Shown here piece by piece: positions 29,516-38,618 of a stretch of DNA of 64,000 nucleotides. Source of the DNA: an uncultured Clostridia bacterium (GTDB taxonomy: Bacteria > Bacillota > Clostridia > TANB77 > CAG-508). A program made the position numbers and the translations under genes. The stretch is taken from NCBI GenBank assembly GCA_934167095.1, contig CAKPKE010000002.1, positions 3,990-67,989 of the forward strand, in the 5' to 3' direction. Position 1 is the first letter of the stretch, and each line of letters opens with the position of its first letter. Under the pieces are notes generated by a model, which ran no database searches, was not told the DNA's origin, and worked only from the letters and a program-made list of their open reading frames with translations.

Positions 29516-30589
29516 ATGGAAAAGAAAAAAGAAAAGAACAAGATTAAAAAGAATATGCTTAATATATTATTATTTTTGTGTCTGATTATTATTACTTTTT
29601 GTTTGATATTGAAAGACCAAAATACAGAAGAAATATTAGCAGCAGTAGGAGAAGCTAAAAAGCAGTATTTAATATGTGGAATGTGTGCAATGGTTGTTTT
29701 TATAGCATGTGAAGCATTTAATATAAAAAGAATATTAAAAGGACTTGGAGAAGAAACATCATTTTTGAAAAATGTGAAATATGCATTAATAGGTTTTTTC
29801 TTTAGTGCAATAACACCGGCTGCAACAGGCGGTCAACCAATGGAAATATACTATATGCATAAAGATGGAATATCGGTTGCAAATGGAACTTTAGCACTAC
29901 TTGTTCAATTAATGAGCTTGCAAATAGTAAATTTAAGTTTAGGAATTATAAGTGTATTCTTCAATTTTGAAGTTGTAAATAATGGGCTTATGGCACTTGC
30001 GATAATTGGGGTATTTCTTAATTCATGTGCTTTAGTATTGCTAATAATTAGTATATTTTCAAAAAAGCTTTCAAAAATATTAATTAATTTTTGCGTAAAG
30101 ATTCTTAAATTCTTTAAAAAGAAAAATATAGATCAATTACAAGAAAAATTAGAATATGAACTTACAAAATATCAAGAAGACAGTGATTATATAAAGAAGA
30201 ATAAAAAAATTGTATTTAAAAGTATTCTTTCAACATTAGTGCAAATGAGTGCATATTATATGGTACCTTTTTTTGTATATAAAGCTTATGGCTTAAATGA
30301 ATATGGAATTATAAGAATAATGTCACTTCAAGCACTGTTATATACAACTGTTTCAGGAATTCCTTCACCAGGCTCTGTTGGCGTTAGCGAAGGTGGTTTT
30401 TTAGGAATATTTAGAAATATTTTTTCAGCTGAAATAATTAGTAGTGCAATGATTTTAAATAGAGTTGTAAATTTTTATCTATTAGTGCTAACAAGCTCAA
30501 TAATTGTTATAATTTGTACTTTAAAGGATAAAAAGGATGAAAAAACAATGGAAATTGCAGAAAATAGTGAAAGTAGTATAGAAGAGTAA
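29516..30589 (+). CDS. LPG-synthase-TM / UPF0104 flippase-like membrane protein
   Basis: Polytopic protein with the family's ITPAATGGQPMEIYYM motif. Confidence 0.6.
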   Translation: MEKKKEKNKIKKNMLNILLFLCLIIITFCLILKDQNTEEILAAVGEAKKQYLICGMCAMVVFIACEAFNIKRILKGLGEETSFLKNVKYALIGFFFSAITPAATGGQPMEIYYMHKDGISVANGTLALLVQLMSLQIVNLSLGIISVFFNFEVVNNGLMALAIIGVFLNSCALVLLIISIFSKKLSKILINFCVKILKFFKKKNIDQLQEKLEYELTKYQEDSDYIKKNKKIVFKSILSTLVQMSAYYMVPFFVYKAYGLNEYGIIRIMSLQALLYTTVSGIPSPGSVGVSEGGFLGIFRNIFSAEIISSAMILNRVVNFYLLVLTSSIIVIICTLKDKKDEKTMEIAENSESSIEE

Positions 30590-30743
30590 AAAATCCAACC
30601 CAAATGTTAAAAAAAGCATTTGAGGTTGTTTTTTTATGTTTTGTTATTTTTTTATTTTGATTGCCTGATACTTTTGTTATATTTTTTATTAAGTTCAATA
30701 TAAATGTATCTTTGCAATATGTTATATCTTTTGTTTATAATTT

Positions 30744-31082
30744 TTAGCTAGCTCTGATAAAAGAAGCAAATGTAGATAATACTTCTATTCCAGCTCTAAT
30801 TTGTTCATCTGAAAAATCCGAAAGAGATTTCTTAGCGGCAGAGGATAATCTGTTTTCCGTTCCAAACAAAATATAATCAGCAGAATAATTGCTAATTTCA
30901 CAGAGTTTTTGTAATTTATCAATTCTAAGTGTACTACCTCCATGTTCGATAATACCAAGATATTGAGAAGAAATACCTAAACATTCAGCAAGTCTTGTCT
31001 TGGACATATTTAAATCTTCTCTAATTAATTTTATTCTTAACCCCATTTCTTTTGTCATTTTCTTTGTAATGTCTTTAGCCAT
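30744..31082 (-). CDS. XRE-family HTH transcriptional regulator
   Basis: RIKLIREDLNMSKTRLAECLGISSQYLGIIEHG HTH; divergent from the response regulator gene. Confidence 0.7.
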   Translation of the reverse strand: MAKDITKKMTKEMGLRIKLIREDLNMSKTRLAECLGISSQYLGIIEHGGSTLRIDKLQKLCEISNYSADYILFGTENRLSSAAKKSLSDFSDEQIRAGIEVLSTFASFIRAS

Positions 31083-31324
31083 AAATTATACCCCTTTCTT
31101 AATAGTTCTTTTTATGGTAACCTCCAAATGTCGAAAGTTGCAGAAAACTTCATATAAAAGCGTTACATAAAATTATATCAATCAATTATAACCTAAATTT
31201 TGACGGATTGAGTGAAGAAAAGTAGTGCAATTTAATGACAAAATATGATAAAATGTGATAAAATATAACTGTGCGAAATGATATTGTATAAAATAATAGA
31301 AAGGAGAGAAAGCAAACATATTAT

Positions 31325-32128
31325 ATGGAAGATAGAATGAAATTATTATTAATAGAAGATGATGATGTAAAATGCGAAGAATTTAAAAAATTAGAAAATA
31401 TTGGTAAACCAATAAAATTTGTAGCAATAACTAAGTCTTCCGCTGAAGGTATAAAACTTGTACAAAGATTTATGCCGGAAGGAATAATTTTAGATTTAGA
31501 ACTAACTAATGGTGAAGGCAGTGGCTTTGACTTCTTAAGAGATATGAAAAGTTTGAACATTGCAAATACACCAAAAATTGTTGTGACTACAAATGTGATT
31601 TCTCAATCAGTTTATGATTTTTTACATCAGAATAATGTTGACTTTATATTTTACAAAAAGCAACAAGGATATTCTGAAAGTAATGTTATAAATACACTTT
31701 TATTACTTAAAGGATATCAGAAAATAGATGACGAAGAAAGAATTAGAGAATATGCACAAAAGAATAAAGAAGAATTTATGAAAACTATATCAGATAGAAT
31801 TGATACTGAATTAGAACTTATTGGAATTGGTAAACATTTAGTTGGAAAGCAATATTTGCATGATGCAATAGAATATATAATTGTAAACCAAGGAAATGAT
31901 GATCAAGTTCCAGTTGTAAAATATTTATCTAGTAAGTATAAAACACCAGCAAGTACAATTAGTAGAAATATGTCAAACGCAATAATGCATGCTTGGAAAA
32001 TTTCAGCACCTGAGGATTTAGAAAAATATTATACAGCAAGAATTGATTATGCAACAGGCGTGCCAAAGCCAAATGAATTTATATATTTTTATGTGGATAA
32101 AATTAAAAAAGAAGTTGTACCAAAGTAA
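31325..32128 (+). CDS. response regulator with Spo0A-type C-terminal DNA-binding domain
   Basis: Receiver domain (MKLLLIEDDD, ILDLEL, FIFYKK) plus a C-terminal segment like Spo0A_C (IGIGKHLVGKQYLHDAIEYI...ASTISRNMSNAIMHAW...PKPNEFIYFYVDKI). The start may be ATG 31337. Confidence 0.65.
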   Translation: MEDRMKLLLIEDDDVKCEEFKKLENIGKPIKFVAITKSSAEGIKLVQRFMPEGIILDLELTNGEGSGFDFLRDMKSLNIANTPKIVVTTNVISQSVYDFLHQNNVDFIFYKKQQGYSESNVINTLLLLKGYQKIDDEERIREYAQKNKEEFMKTISDRIDTELELIGIGKHLVGKQYLHDAIEYIIVNQGNDDQVPVVKYLSSKYKTPASTISRNMSNAIMHAWKISAPEDLEKYYTARIDYATGVPKPNEFIYFYVDKIKKEVVPK

Positions 32129-32140
32129 AAAAAAGAGCAT

Positions 32141-32268
32141 AAAAAGTTGAATGAAAGTAAATAAAATCAAAAAATATTAAAAAAGTTGAATGAAAGCAAA
32201 TAAAATTAAAAAATATTAAAAAAAGTTGTATAAAAGTAAATAAAATTGAATAAAAAATCAAAAATAAT
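32141..32268. repeat. three tandem ~38-bp A-rich repeats
   Basis: AAAAAGTTGAATGAAAG(T/C)AAATAAAAT(C/T)AAAAAATATT twice, plus a degenerate third copy, between the regulator stop and a terminator (32292-32327). Confidence 0.8.
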
Positions 32269-32405
32269 CAAATAAATGAGCTACCGTTTATCACCTACAA
32301 GAGGCCTTGTAGGTGGTATTTTTTTATTATCGTAAACAGAGATTAGACAAACTAAAGACAAAGCACACACGGTTACGAAATAAAAAAAGAACGGTGGTGA
32401 GAGGC

Positions 32406-32456
32406 ATGGGATTCTGGGAATGGTTAAGATACATATTAGGTTTAGGTGGTGTATAG
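32406..32456 (+). CDS. possible 16-aa hydrophobic/aromatic peptide ORF
   Basis: GGTGGTGAGAGG SD-like sequence then ATG; MGFWEWLRYILGLGGV*. It lies between two hairpin/T-run terminators (32292-32327, 32468-32495). No clear promoter. Confidence 0.25.
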   Translation: MGFWEWLRYILGLGGV

Positions 32457-32524
32457 AAACAAAATGGGTGTAAGGATTGCTTACACTCTTTTTTTATTAT
32501 ATAATCACATAGTAAGGAGGAAAT

Positions 32525-33997
32525 ATGGAAGAAATAATAATGACTGTGCTTAAAACGGTATACATATATATGTCAGTAATTTATATGTTTTATAGAATCA
32601 GAGGAATAAAAAATAGAAAAGTTATAATGTCAATAGTAGGTGTCATTATTGGAGCCTTTCTATGTTATATAATAAATAAAAATATAACGAATGAATATGA
32701 ACTTATAGTAAGCTTTTTTATACAGTATATATTGTGTAAAATACTAGATATGGAAAATAAAAATGCAATGATAACAAGTGTTTTGCTATCAAATGCAATT
32801 GTACATATAAATTTTGTAATTGCAGCGTTTATAGAAAATTGTATTAGAATGTTATTAGGAAATTTAAAAGAATATGATATTTTGAATTTAATATTAATTA
32901 TAGCAATTGCTACATTTATAAATATTGCTATGTTCAAGATAAGAAGAATTAATAAAGGCTTTCAATTTTTGAAGGAAAAAATCAATAATGAATATCTTGA
33001 TATAATTATGATAAATATCAGTATTGGTGTAATTTTTATATATTCTTTATTTGGAACATATTATGGAGATGTAACAATTCATATAATGGTAACTTTCTTA
33101 ATTGTTTCATTGATCATGATTGTAATGATTTCAAAAACAATAGCATTAGCTTACAAACAAAAGCAACTTGAAAAGAATCTAGCAGAAGATGACGAAATAA
33201 TAAAGCAAAAAGATGCTAAAATAGAAAGTCTTTCAAAAGAAAAGTTTGAAATTAGCAAAGTGAGCCACGAATTTGAAAAGAGAATAAAAGCATTAGAGTT
33301 CAAAGCAACAAGTAATATGAATATGGAAATTTCTGAAGAAAATGATTTAATGAAACAAATTAATAATTTATCAAAAGAATATTCCACAAAGCTAAAACAA
33401 ATAAAAGGTAGCGATAAATTAAAGAAAACCGAAGTTGCTGAAATTGACAATATGTTTGAATATTTACAAAATGAATGTGAAAAAAGTAATATAGAATTTT
33501 ATTTAAATATAAATTGTGATGTAAATAATATGATTGATAAAGTAATTGCTAAAAATAAACTAGAAACATTAATCGGCGATTTAGGAACAGATGCAATACA
33601 TGCTGTAAACATGAGTAAGAATAATTATAAAAGCATAGTAACAATTATTGATAAAAAGGAGGATATTTATTCAATATCAATGTCTGATACTGGTGTTGAA
33701 TTTAAAGTTGATACTTTGCTAAAACTAGGCTTGGAGCCAGCAACTACTCATAAAGAAGATGGTGGCAGTGGAATTGGTTATATTACTACATTTGAAACAT
33801 TAAACGAAACAAAGGCAAGCTTGATTATTGAAGAAAAGAACAATGAATCTGAAAATGAATATACTAAAACAATAACTGTTAAATTTGATGGCAGAAACGA
33901 ATATAAAATAATTTCATATAGAGCTGATGAAATTAGAAAAAAACAGAAAGACAGTAGAATAAAAGTAGAAAATATAAAAAATAGTGACAATATATGA
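32525..33997 (+). CDS. membrane sensor histidine kinase, AgrC/ComD-like (GHKL ATPase)
   Basis: About six N-terminal TM helices, a coiled coil, H-box-like VSHEFEKRI, and N/G boxes (DAIHAVN, DTGVEF, GGSGIGY). Own TTGCTT-17-TATAAT promoter at 32477-32505. Confidence 0.6.
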   Translation: MEEIIMTVLKTVYIYMSVIYMFYRIRGIKNRKVIMSIVGVIIGAFLCYIINKNITNEYELIVSFFIQYILCKILDMENKNAMITSVLLSNAIVHINFVIAAFIENCIRMLLGNLKEYDILNLILIIAIATFINIAMFKIRRINKGFQFLKEKINNEYLDIIMINISIGVIFIYSLFGTYYGDVTIHIMVTFLIVSLIMIVMISKTIALAYKQKQLEKNLAEDDEIIKQKDAKIESLSKEKFEISKVSHEFEKRIKALEFKATSNMNMEISEENDLMKQINNLSKEYSTKLKQIKGSDKLKKTEVAEIDNMFEYLQNECEKSNIEFYLNINCDVNNMIDKVIAKNKLETLIGDLGTDAIHAVNMSKNNYKSIVTIIDKKEDIYSISMSDTGVEFKVDTLLKLGLEPATTHKEDGGSGIGYITTFETLNETKASLIIEEKNNESENEYTKTITVKFDGRNEYKIISYRADEIRKKQKDSRIKVENIKNSDNI

Positions 33998-34060
33998 TAG
34001 AAAATAATATTATATACTATAACACACAATAATTTATGTTATTTAATGGAGGTGACCTAT

Positions 34061-34315
34061 ATGGAACCACAAGAAATATATTGTTGCAAAGAAAAACATT
34101 CGTGTACAGGAAAAATAAAATGCCTAGGACTTATAACTATATTATTTTCAATACTGTTTATAGGAGTAGTAGGAGCATTAGTAGGAGCTAATATAGCAAG
34201 CACGATATTAGAAGCAATATCTGCAGTAATAGTACTTGCAATCGTTCTTGGAATACTTTTTATAATATCAATAGTATTATTAATATGTAACTGTACAAAA
34301 AAACGAGAATGTTAA
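34061..34315 (+). CDS. small Cys-rich two-TM membrane protein
   Basis: GGAGGTGA SD before ATG 34061; CC...C...C N-terminus, two TM helices, C-terminal CNC...C. Strong terminator at ~34323-34360. Confidence 0.5.
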   Translation: MEPQEIYCCKEKHSCTGKIKCLGLITILFSILFIGVVGALVGANIASTILEAISAVIVLAIVLGILFIISIVLLICNCTKKREC

Positions 34316-34512
34316 ATAATAAAATCTCTATAGCAATTTTGCTATAGAGGTTATTTTTTACTGAAATTATTGGAAGCATGAATAATAGTCACTGGAATAA
34401 TAGAAATATTATAAATATAATAGATACATGAAAAATTATGTACAATACTATAAATGTATAAAAATGGAAATTTTAGAAATAATAAATAAAAAGAACGAAG
34501 GAGGAAATAGGT

Positions 34513-36066
34513 ATGAATATAAAGAATAGTAAAGGTATCACATTAGTAGCATTAGTTGTAACTATAGTGGTACTTTTAATTTTAGCAGGTGTATCAATAA
34601 ATCTAGTGTTAGGAGAAAATGGTTTGATAACACAAGCTCAAGAAGCAAAAAGAAAAACATTGTTAGCAGAAGAAAAGGATAATAAAGATTTTTATAATAT
34701 AGATGAATTTGTTTATGATAACACTTCAAATATAAATGTTGAAAAGGTAACTGATACTAATCCAGGGGTGTTGGAGAAAGAAAATGATAACATATATGAA
34801 ATAAATAGCATAGAAGACTTAGTCGCATTCGCGTATGATGTAAGAAATGGAAATTCTTATGCTGGAAAAACTGTAAAATTAGGATTAGATTTAGACTTTA
34901 AATCGACAAACTCATATGTTGATGCTAATAGAAGTGATTATAAAGAATATGGTTATGACGGAAATTTGAAAAAATTATTAACATCTGGTGAAGGATTTTT
35001 ACCAATAGGAACATTTAATGAAGATGAAGCTGATACTAAAAGTTTTGCTGGAATATTTGATGGAAATAATCATACAATTTCTAATTGCTACATGTATAAG
35101 AATACAGAAGAAAGACATAGAATTTCATTCTTTGGGCAAAAATTATATGGAGAAGTAAAAAATTTAGGATTAGTTAATATAAATTTTGAATTGATTAATA
35201 AGGATGTTTCTTGTTCAGTTTCAGGAATTTCTACAAAACCAGTGAATGGAGCCAAAATAAGTAACTGTTATGTTAGTGGAAATATAAAAGAAATAAGTAA
35301 TGGAACAGGAAATGCAAGTTGTTCAGGGATAGCAACATATAATCAAGGAACTATTGAAAATTGTTATAATTTGGCTAATATAGAAGTTTATATAAATGAT
35401 GATACCTTGACTGCACAAGGATTAATGGGAGGAATAACTGTAAATCAAGAAGGAAACAAGGTAATAAACTGCTTTAATTATGGCAACTTATATGCTAATG
35501 GAAAAGGAGATAGATTTGAAATTGGAGGAATTTCAAGAAATTTAGTTCAAGTAAATTCAAGTATAGAAAATTCATATAATAGAGGCAATATTTCTGCTGA
35601 AATTTCTAACAGTAACATTATAAGTATAGGAGGAATTTTAGCTTATACCTATTTGAATAATCTACAATTAAATAACTTATATAGTAATGGAAAAATGAAT
35701 ATAAAAGGTAATACTAATAGATTATATGTAGGAGGAATTGTTGGATATGATACTAATGGGAAAGTATCTTTAAAAAATTCTTATAGTATAAGTGAAATTA
35801 TAGATGAAACAACAAGTGATAATAAAAATATAGGAAATATATATGGAAGAATAAATGCATCAAATACTACAATAGCAAACTGTTACCATTTAGATCAAAA
35901 TAATTATTATGGTATTGGATCTGAACAAAGTGATACCAATATAATTAAAATTCAACCAAGTCAAAAACAAGAGTTACTAACAAAATTAAATGAAGCAGAA
36001 AATGGAATTTGGAAGAAAGATGAAAAAAATGTTAATAAAGGCTATCCAATCCTTATTTGGCAGTAA
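34513..36066 (+). CDS. prepilin-like N-terminal module + GLUG-repeat protein
   Basis: KGITLVALVVTIVVLLILAGVSINLVLGENGLITQAQEAKRKT, then 7 or more GLUG-like repeats (GGI..., N(C/S)Y..G(N/K)I). Confidence 0.65.
   Translation: MNIKNSKGITLVALVVTIVVLLILAGVSINLVLGENGLITQAQEAKRKTLLAEEKDNKDFYNIDEFVYDNTSNINVEKVTDTNPGVLEKENDNIYEINSIEDLVAFAYDVRNGNSYAGKTVKLGLDLDFKSTNSYVDANRSDYKEYGYDGNLKKLLTSGEGFLPIGTFNEDEADTKSFAGIFDGNNHTISNCYMYKNTEERHRISFFGQKLYGEVKNLGLVNINFELINKDVSCSVSGISTKPVNGAKISNCYVSGNIKEISNGTGNASCSGIATYNQGTIENCYNLANIEVYINDDTLTAQGLMGGITVNQEGNKVINCFNYGNLYANGKGDRFEIGGISRNLVQVNSSIENSYNRGNISAEISNSNIISIGGILAYTYLNNLQLNNLYSNGKMNIKGNTNRLYVGGIVGYDTNGKVSLKNSYSISEIIDETTSDNKNIGNIYGRINASNTTIANCYHLDQNNYYGIGSEQSDTNIIKIQPSQKQELLTKLNEAENGIWKKDEKNVNKGYPILIWQ
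34531..34659 (+). repeat. conserved 129-bp 5' module, copy A
   Basis: Near-identical DNA block shared with 36131, 37366 and 38682. Confidence 0.85.
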
Positions 36067-36121
36067 GATGAATATATAAAATAATTTTTATGTAAAAAAT
36101 GAAAATAAAGGAGAAATAAAA

Positions 36122-37321
36122 ATGAAAAACAAAGGTATAACCCTAGTTGCATTAGTTGTAACAATAGTAGTTCTCTTAATATTAGCAGGAGTATCAATAA
36201 GTTTAGTATTGGGACAAAATGGATTAATAAGTAATGCTAAAGAAGCAAAAGAGAAAACTCAGCTAGCTGAAAAAGATGAACTAAAGCACTTAGATGAAGT
36301 AAATGAATATATTGATTCACAAGAAGAAGAATATATAAAAGATGATGATTTGCCGGAGAATCAGGACTTAAAATCATTTATAACAGAGTGGACAGTAGAA
36401 GCAGGAGATACAATTGTTTTGCCTATATATGAAATGCAGGATGTAGATGATGAAAGAGGAGAGATAGAAACTTATTTTAATTATGATTTTACAGTTGATT
36501 ATGGCGATGGAACTGTGCTAACAGTAAAAAGCTTTGATGATGAAAATAGAAAGCACACTTATGCAAATGCTGGAACATATACTGTAAAAATAAATGGAAA
36601 ATGTGAATCTATTAGTTTTGAAAATGCACTAGATTCAGCAGATTGTAAGTTAAAAATAACAAAATTAGTGCAGTGGGGTGTAATAGGAGCAAAACATTAT
36701 GATTTTTCAGAGTGTAAAAATTTAAAAGGAACTATTCCATTACCGGCTAAAAATAGTTTTAAATATGTAGAAAGTTTTAGATTGTTATTTTATTATTGTA
36801 CAGGACTTACAGGTGAAATTCCAAAAGATTTATTTAAATATGCACCAAATGTACTAACAATGGCTAATGTATTTAATTTTACGACAGGTTTAACTGGAAC
36901 AATACCAGAAAAATTATTTGCAAATTGTACAAAAGTAACAAATTTCAGATTTATATTTGCAAGTTCCAATGTAAGTGGTGAGATACCAGAAAAACTTTTT
37001 ATAAGCAATCCAGAAGTTGTGAATTTTGATGGAGTTTTTAGACAGGCATATGCCATGACTGGACTGGTACCAAAGAACTTGTTTAAATATAATAATAAAA
37101 TACAAACATTAAGAGGATTATTTACAGAAACTAATTTGAGTACTGAAGAAATTTATTTTTCATCAAATGATATATCTCAAATTGGGGATATACATTTGAA
37201 AAATGGTACTGATGGAAGTGTAAAAGTATATGTCCCAAAAGATTCGATAACTGAACAAACGTTTAAAAACAGATGGGGAGCCAATAATGATAAATTAATA
37301 ATTGAAAATTACACAGTATAA
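36122..37321 (+). CDS. prepilin-like N-terminal module + DUF285/BspA-type leucine-rich-repeat protein
   Basis: Same N-module, then repeated ~25-aa units (F..CT.LTG.IP..LF....V......F). Confidence 0.65.
   Translation: MKNKGITLVALVVTIVVLLILAGVSISLVLGQNGLISNAKEAKEKTQLAEKDELKHLDEVNEYIDSQEEEYIKDDDLPENQDLKSFITEWTVEAGDTIVLPIYEMQDVDDERGEIETYFNYDFTVDYGDGTVLTVKSFDDENRKHTYANAGTYTVKINGKCESISFENALDSADCKLKITKLVQWGVIGAKHYDFSECKNLKGTIPLPAKNSFKYVESFRLLFYYCTGLTGEIPKDLFKYAPNVLTMANVFNFTTGLTGTIPEKLFANCTKVTNFRFIFASSNVSGEIPEKLFISNPEVVNFDGVFRQAYAMTGLVPKNLFKYNNKIQTLRGLFTETNLSTEEIYFSSNDISQIGDIHLKNGTDGSVKVYVPKDSITEQTFKNRWGANNDKLIIENYTV
36131..36259 (+). repeat. conserved 129-bp 5' module, copy B
   Basis: See 34531. 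Confidence 0.85.
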
Positions 37322-37347
37322 CAAAAATACTAGAAAGGTGGAACAAA

Positions 37348-38577
37348 TTGAAGATAAGTTATAACAAAGGTATAACTCTAGTTGCATTAGTTGTAACAAT
37401 AGTAGTTCTTCTAATATTAGCAGGGGTATCAATAAATCTAGTACTTGGTGAAAATGGTTTAATAAATAATGCAAAAGAAGCAAAAAATAAAACATTGCAA
37501 GCTGAAAAAGATGATGAAGAAAGTATGGATGCAACTGCAAATTGGATAATTCAAAATGTTGCTAATTTGCCACAAACAACAGAAACAAAACCATATATAC
37601 CAAGTAGTGAATTTTCACAATTGGAAGGGACAAATCTAAGTAATGGATTAGTAATCCAAGATAGAGAAGGTAACCAATATGTATGGATAGAAGTACCAAT
37701 GACAGAAGAAGTATATCCAACAACAGGGCTAGAGATAACAGAATTTAATGCAGATATTTATACAAAAATAGAGGATGATTTGCATAAGTATGTGAAAGAA
37801 TATAATAAAACAAAATTTTCAGATGAATATTGCAAAGATGATACTGACGGCTGGTTTAAAAATGAAGAAGAATATAATATGCAAAAATACAAAATGCTAA
37901 AAAGTGTATATCAAAATGGAGGCTTTTGGGTAGGGAGATATGAAGCTGGTATTGAAAAAAATAGAACTAAATCTGGTGAAGCTACTGAAATACCACAGTC
38001 AAAGGCAAATTTATTTCCATATAATTATGTAACAAGGACTCAAGCAAAAAAATTAGCTGAAAAAGTAAAATATGATGAATATTCAGGAAGTTTAATGTTT
38101 GGAGTACAGTGGGATTTAATGTTAAAATTTATTGAGGTAAAAATGTACACAATAGATGCTAATATAATAACAAAATTAAATCAAGATAGTACAACAATAG
38201 GTAATTATATAAATGCAGAATATACAATTAATAGAGGAAAATATACAAAATATAATTTTACATCAACATGGTATGATTATGGAGATGAACTAGACGGAAT
38301 AGTGAAAAATAAAGTAAAAATGAAGCAAGATGCAAAAGATAAAGGAGTATTATTAACGACAGGCGCAGCAGATAGAAATTGTTTAATGAATATATACGAT
38401 GTAGCGGGAAATATATGGGAGTGGACTTTAGAATATTCTCATATTGATGGAGGAACTTGTGCTGACAGAGGCGGAAGTTACTACACAACTGGAAAAAACA
38501 ATCCTGCAAATTATCATTATGCTAATCCAGTTAATTATAATTATGTTAGTTTTGGATTTCGCATCTCAATATATTAA
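37348..38577 (+). CDS. prepilin-like N-terminal module + FGE-sulfatase (SUMF1-fold) domain protein
   Basis: TTG start with AAAGGTGG SD and the N-module, then GGFWVGRYEAG, VQWDLML, AGNIWEWT, RGGSYY and FGFRISIY. Confidence 0.65.
   Translation: MKISYNKGITLVALVVTIVVLLILAGVSINLVLGENGLINNAKEAKNKTLQAEKDDEESMDATANWIIQNVANLPQTTETKPYIPSSEFSQLEGTNLSNGLVIQDREGNQYVWIEVPMTEEVYPTTGLEITEFNADIYTKIEDDLHKYVKEYNKTKFSDEYCKDDTDGWFKNEEEYNMQKYKMLKSVYQNGGFWVGRYEAGIEKNRTKSGEATEIPQSKANLFPYNYVTRTQAKKLAEKVKYDEYSGSLMFGVQWDLMLKFIEVKMYTIDANIITKLNQDSTTIGNYINAEYTINRGKYTKYNFTSTWYDYGDELDGIVKNKVKMKQDAKDKGVLLTTGAADRNCLMNIYDVAGNIWEWTLEYSHIDGGTCADRGGSYYTTGKNNPANYHYANPVNYNYVSFGFRISIY
37366..37494 (+). repeat. conserved 129-bp 5' module, copy C
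   Basis: See 34531. Confidence 0.85.
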
Positions 38578-38618
38578 AAATATAGAATGAAAAATGGGCA
38601 AAAAGCACAGGAGGAAAA

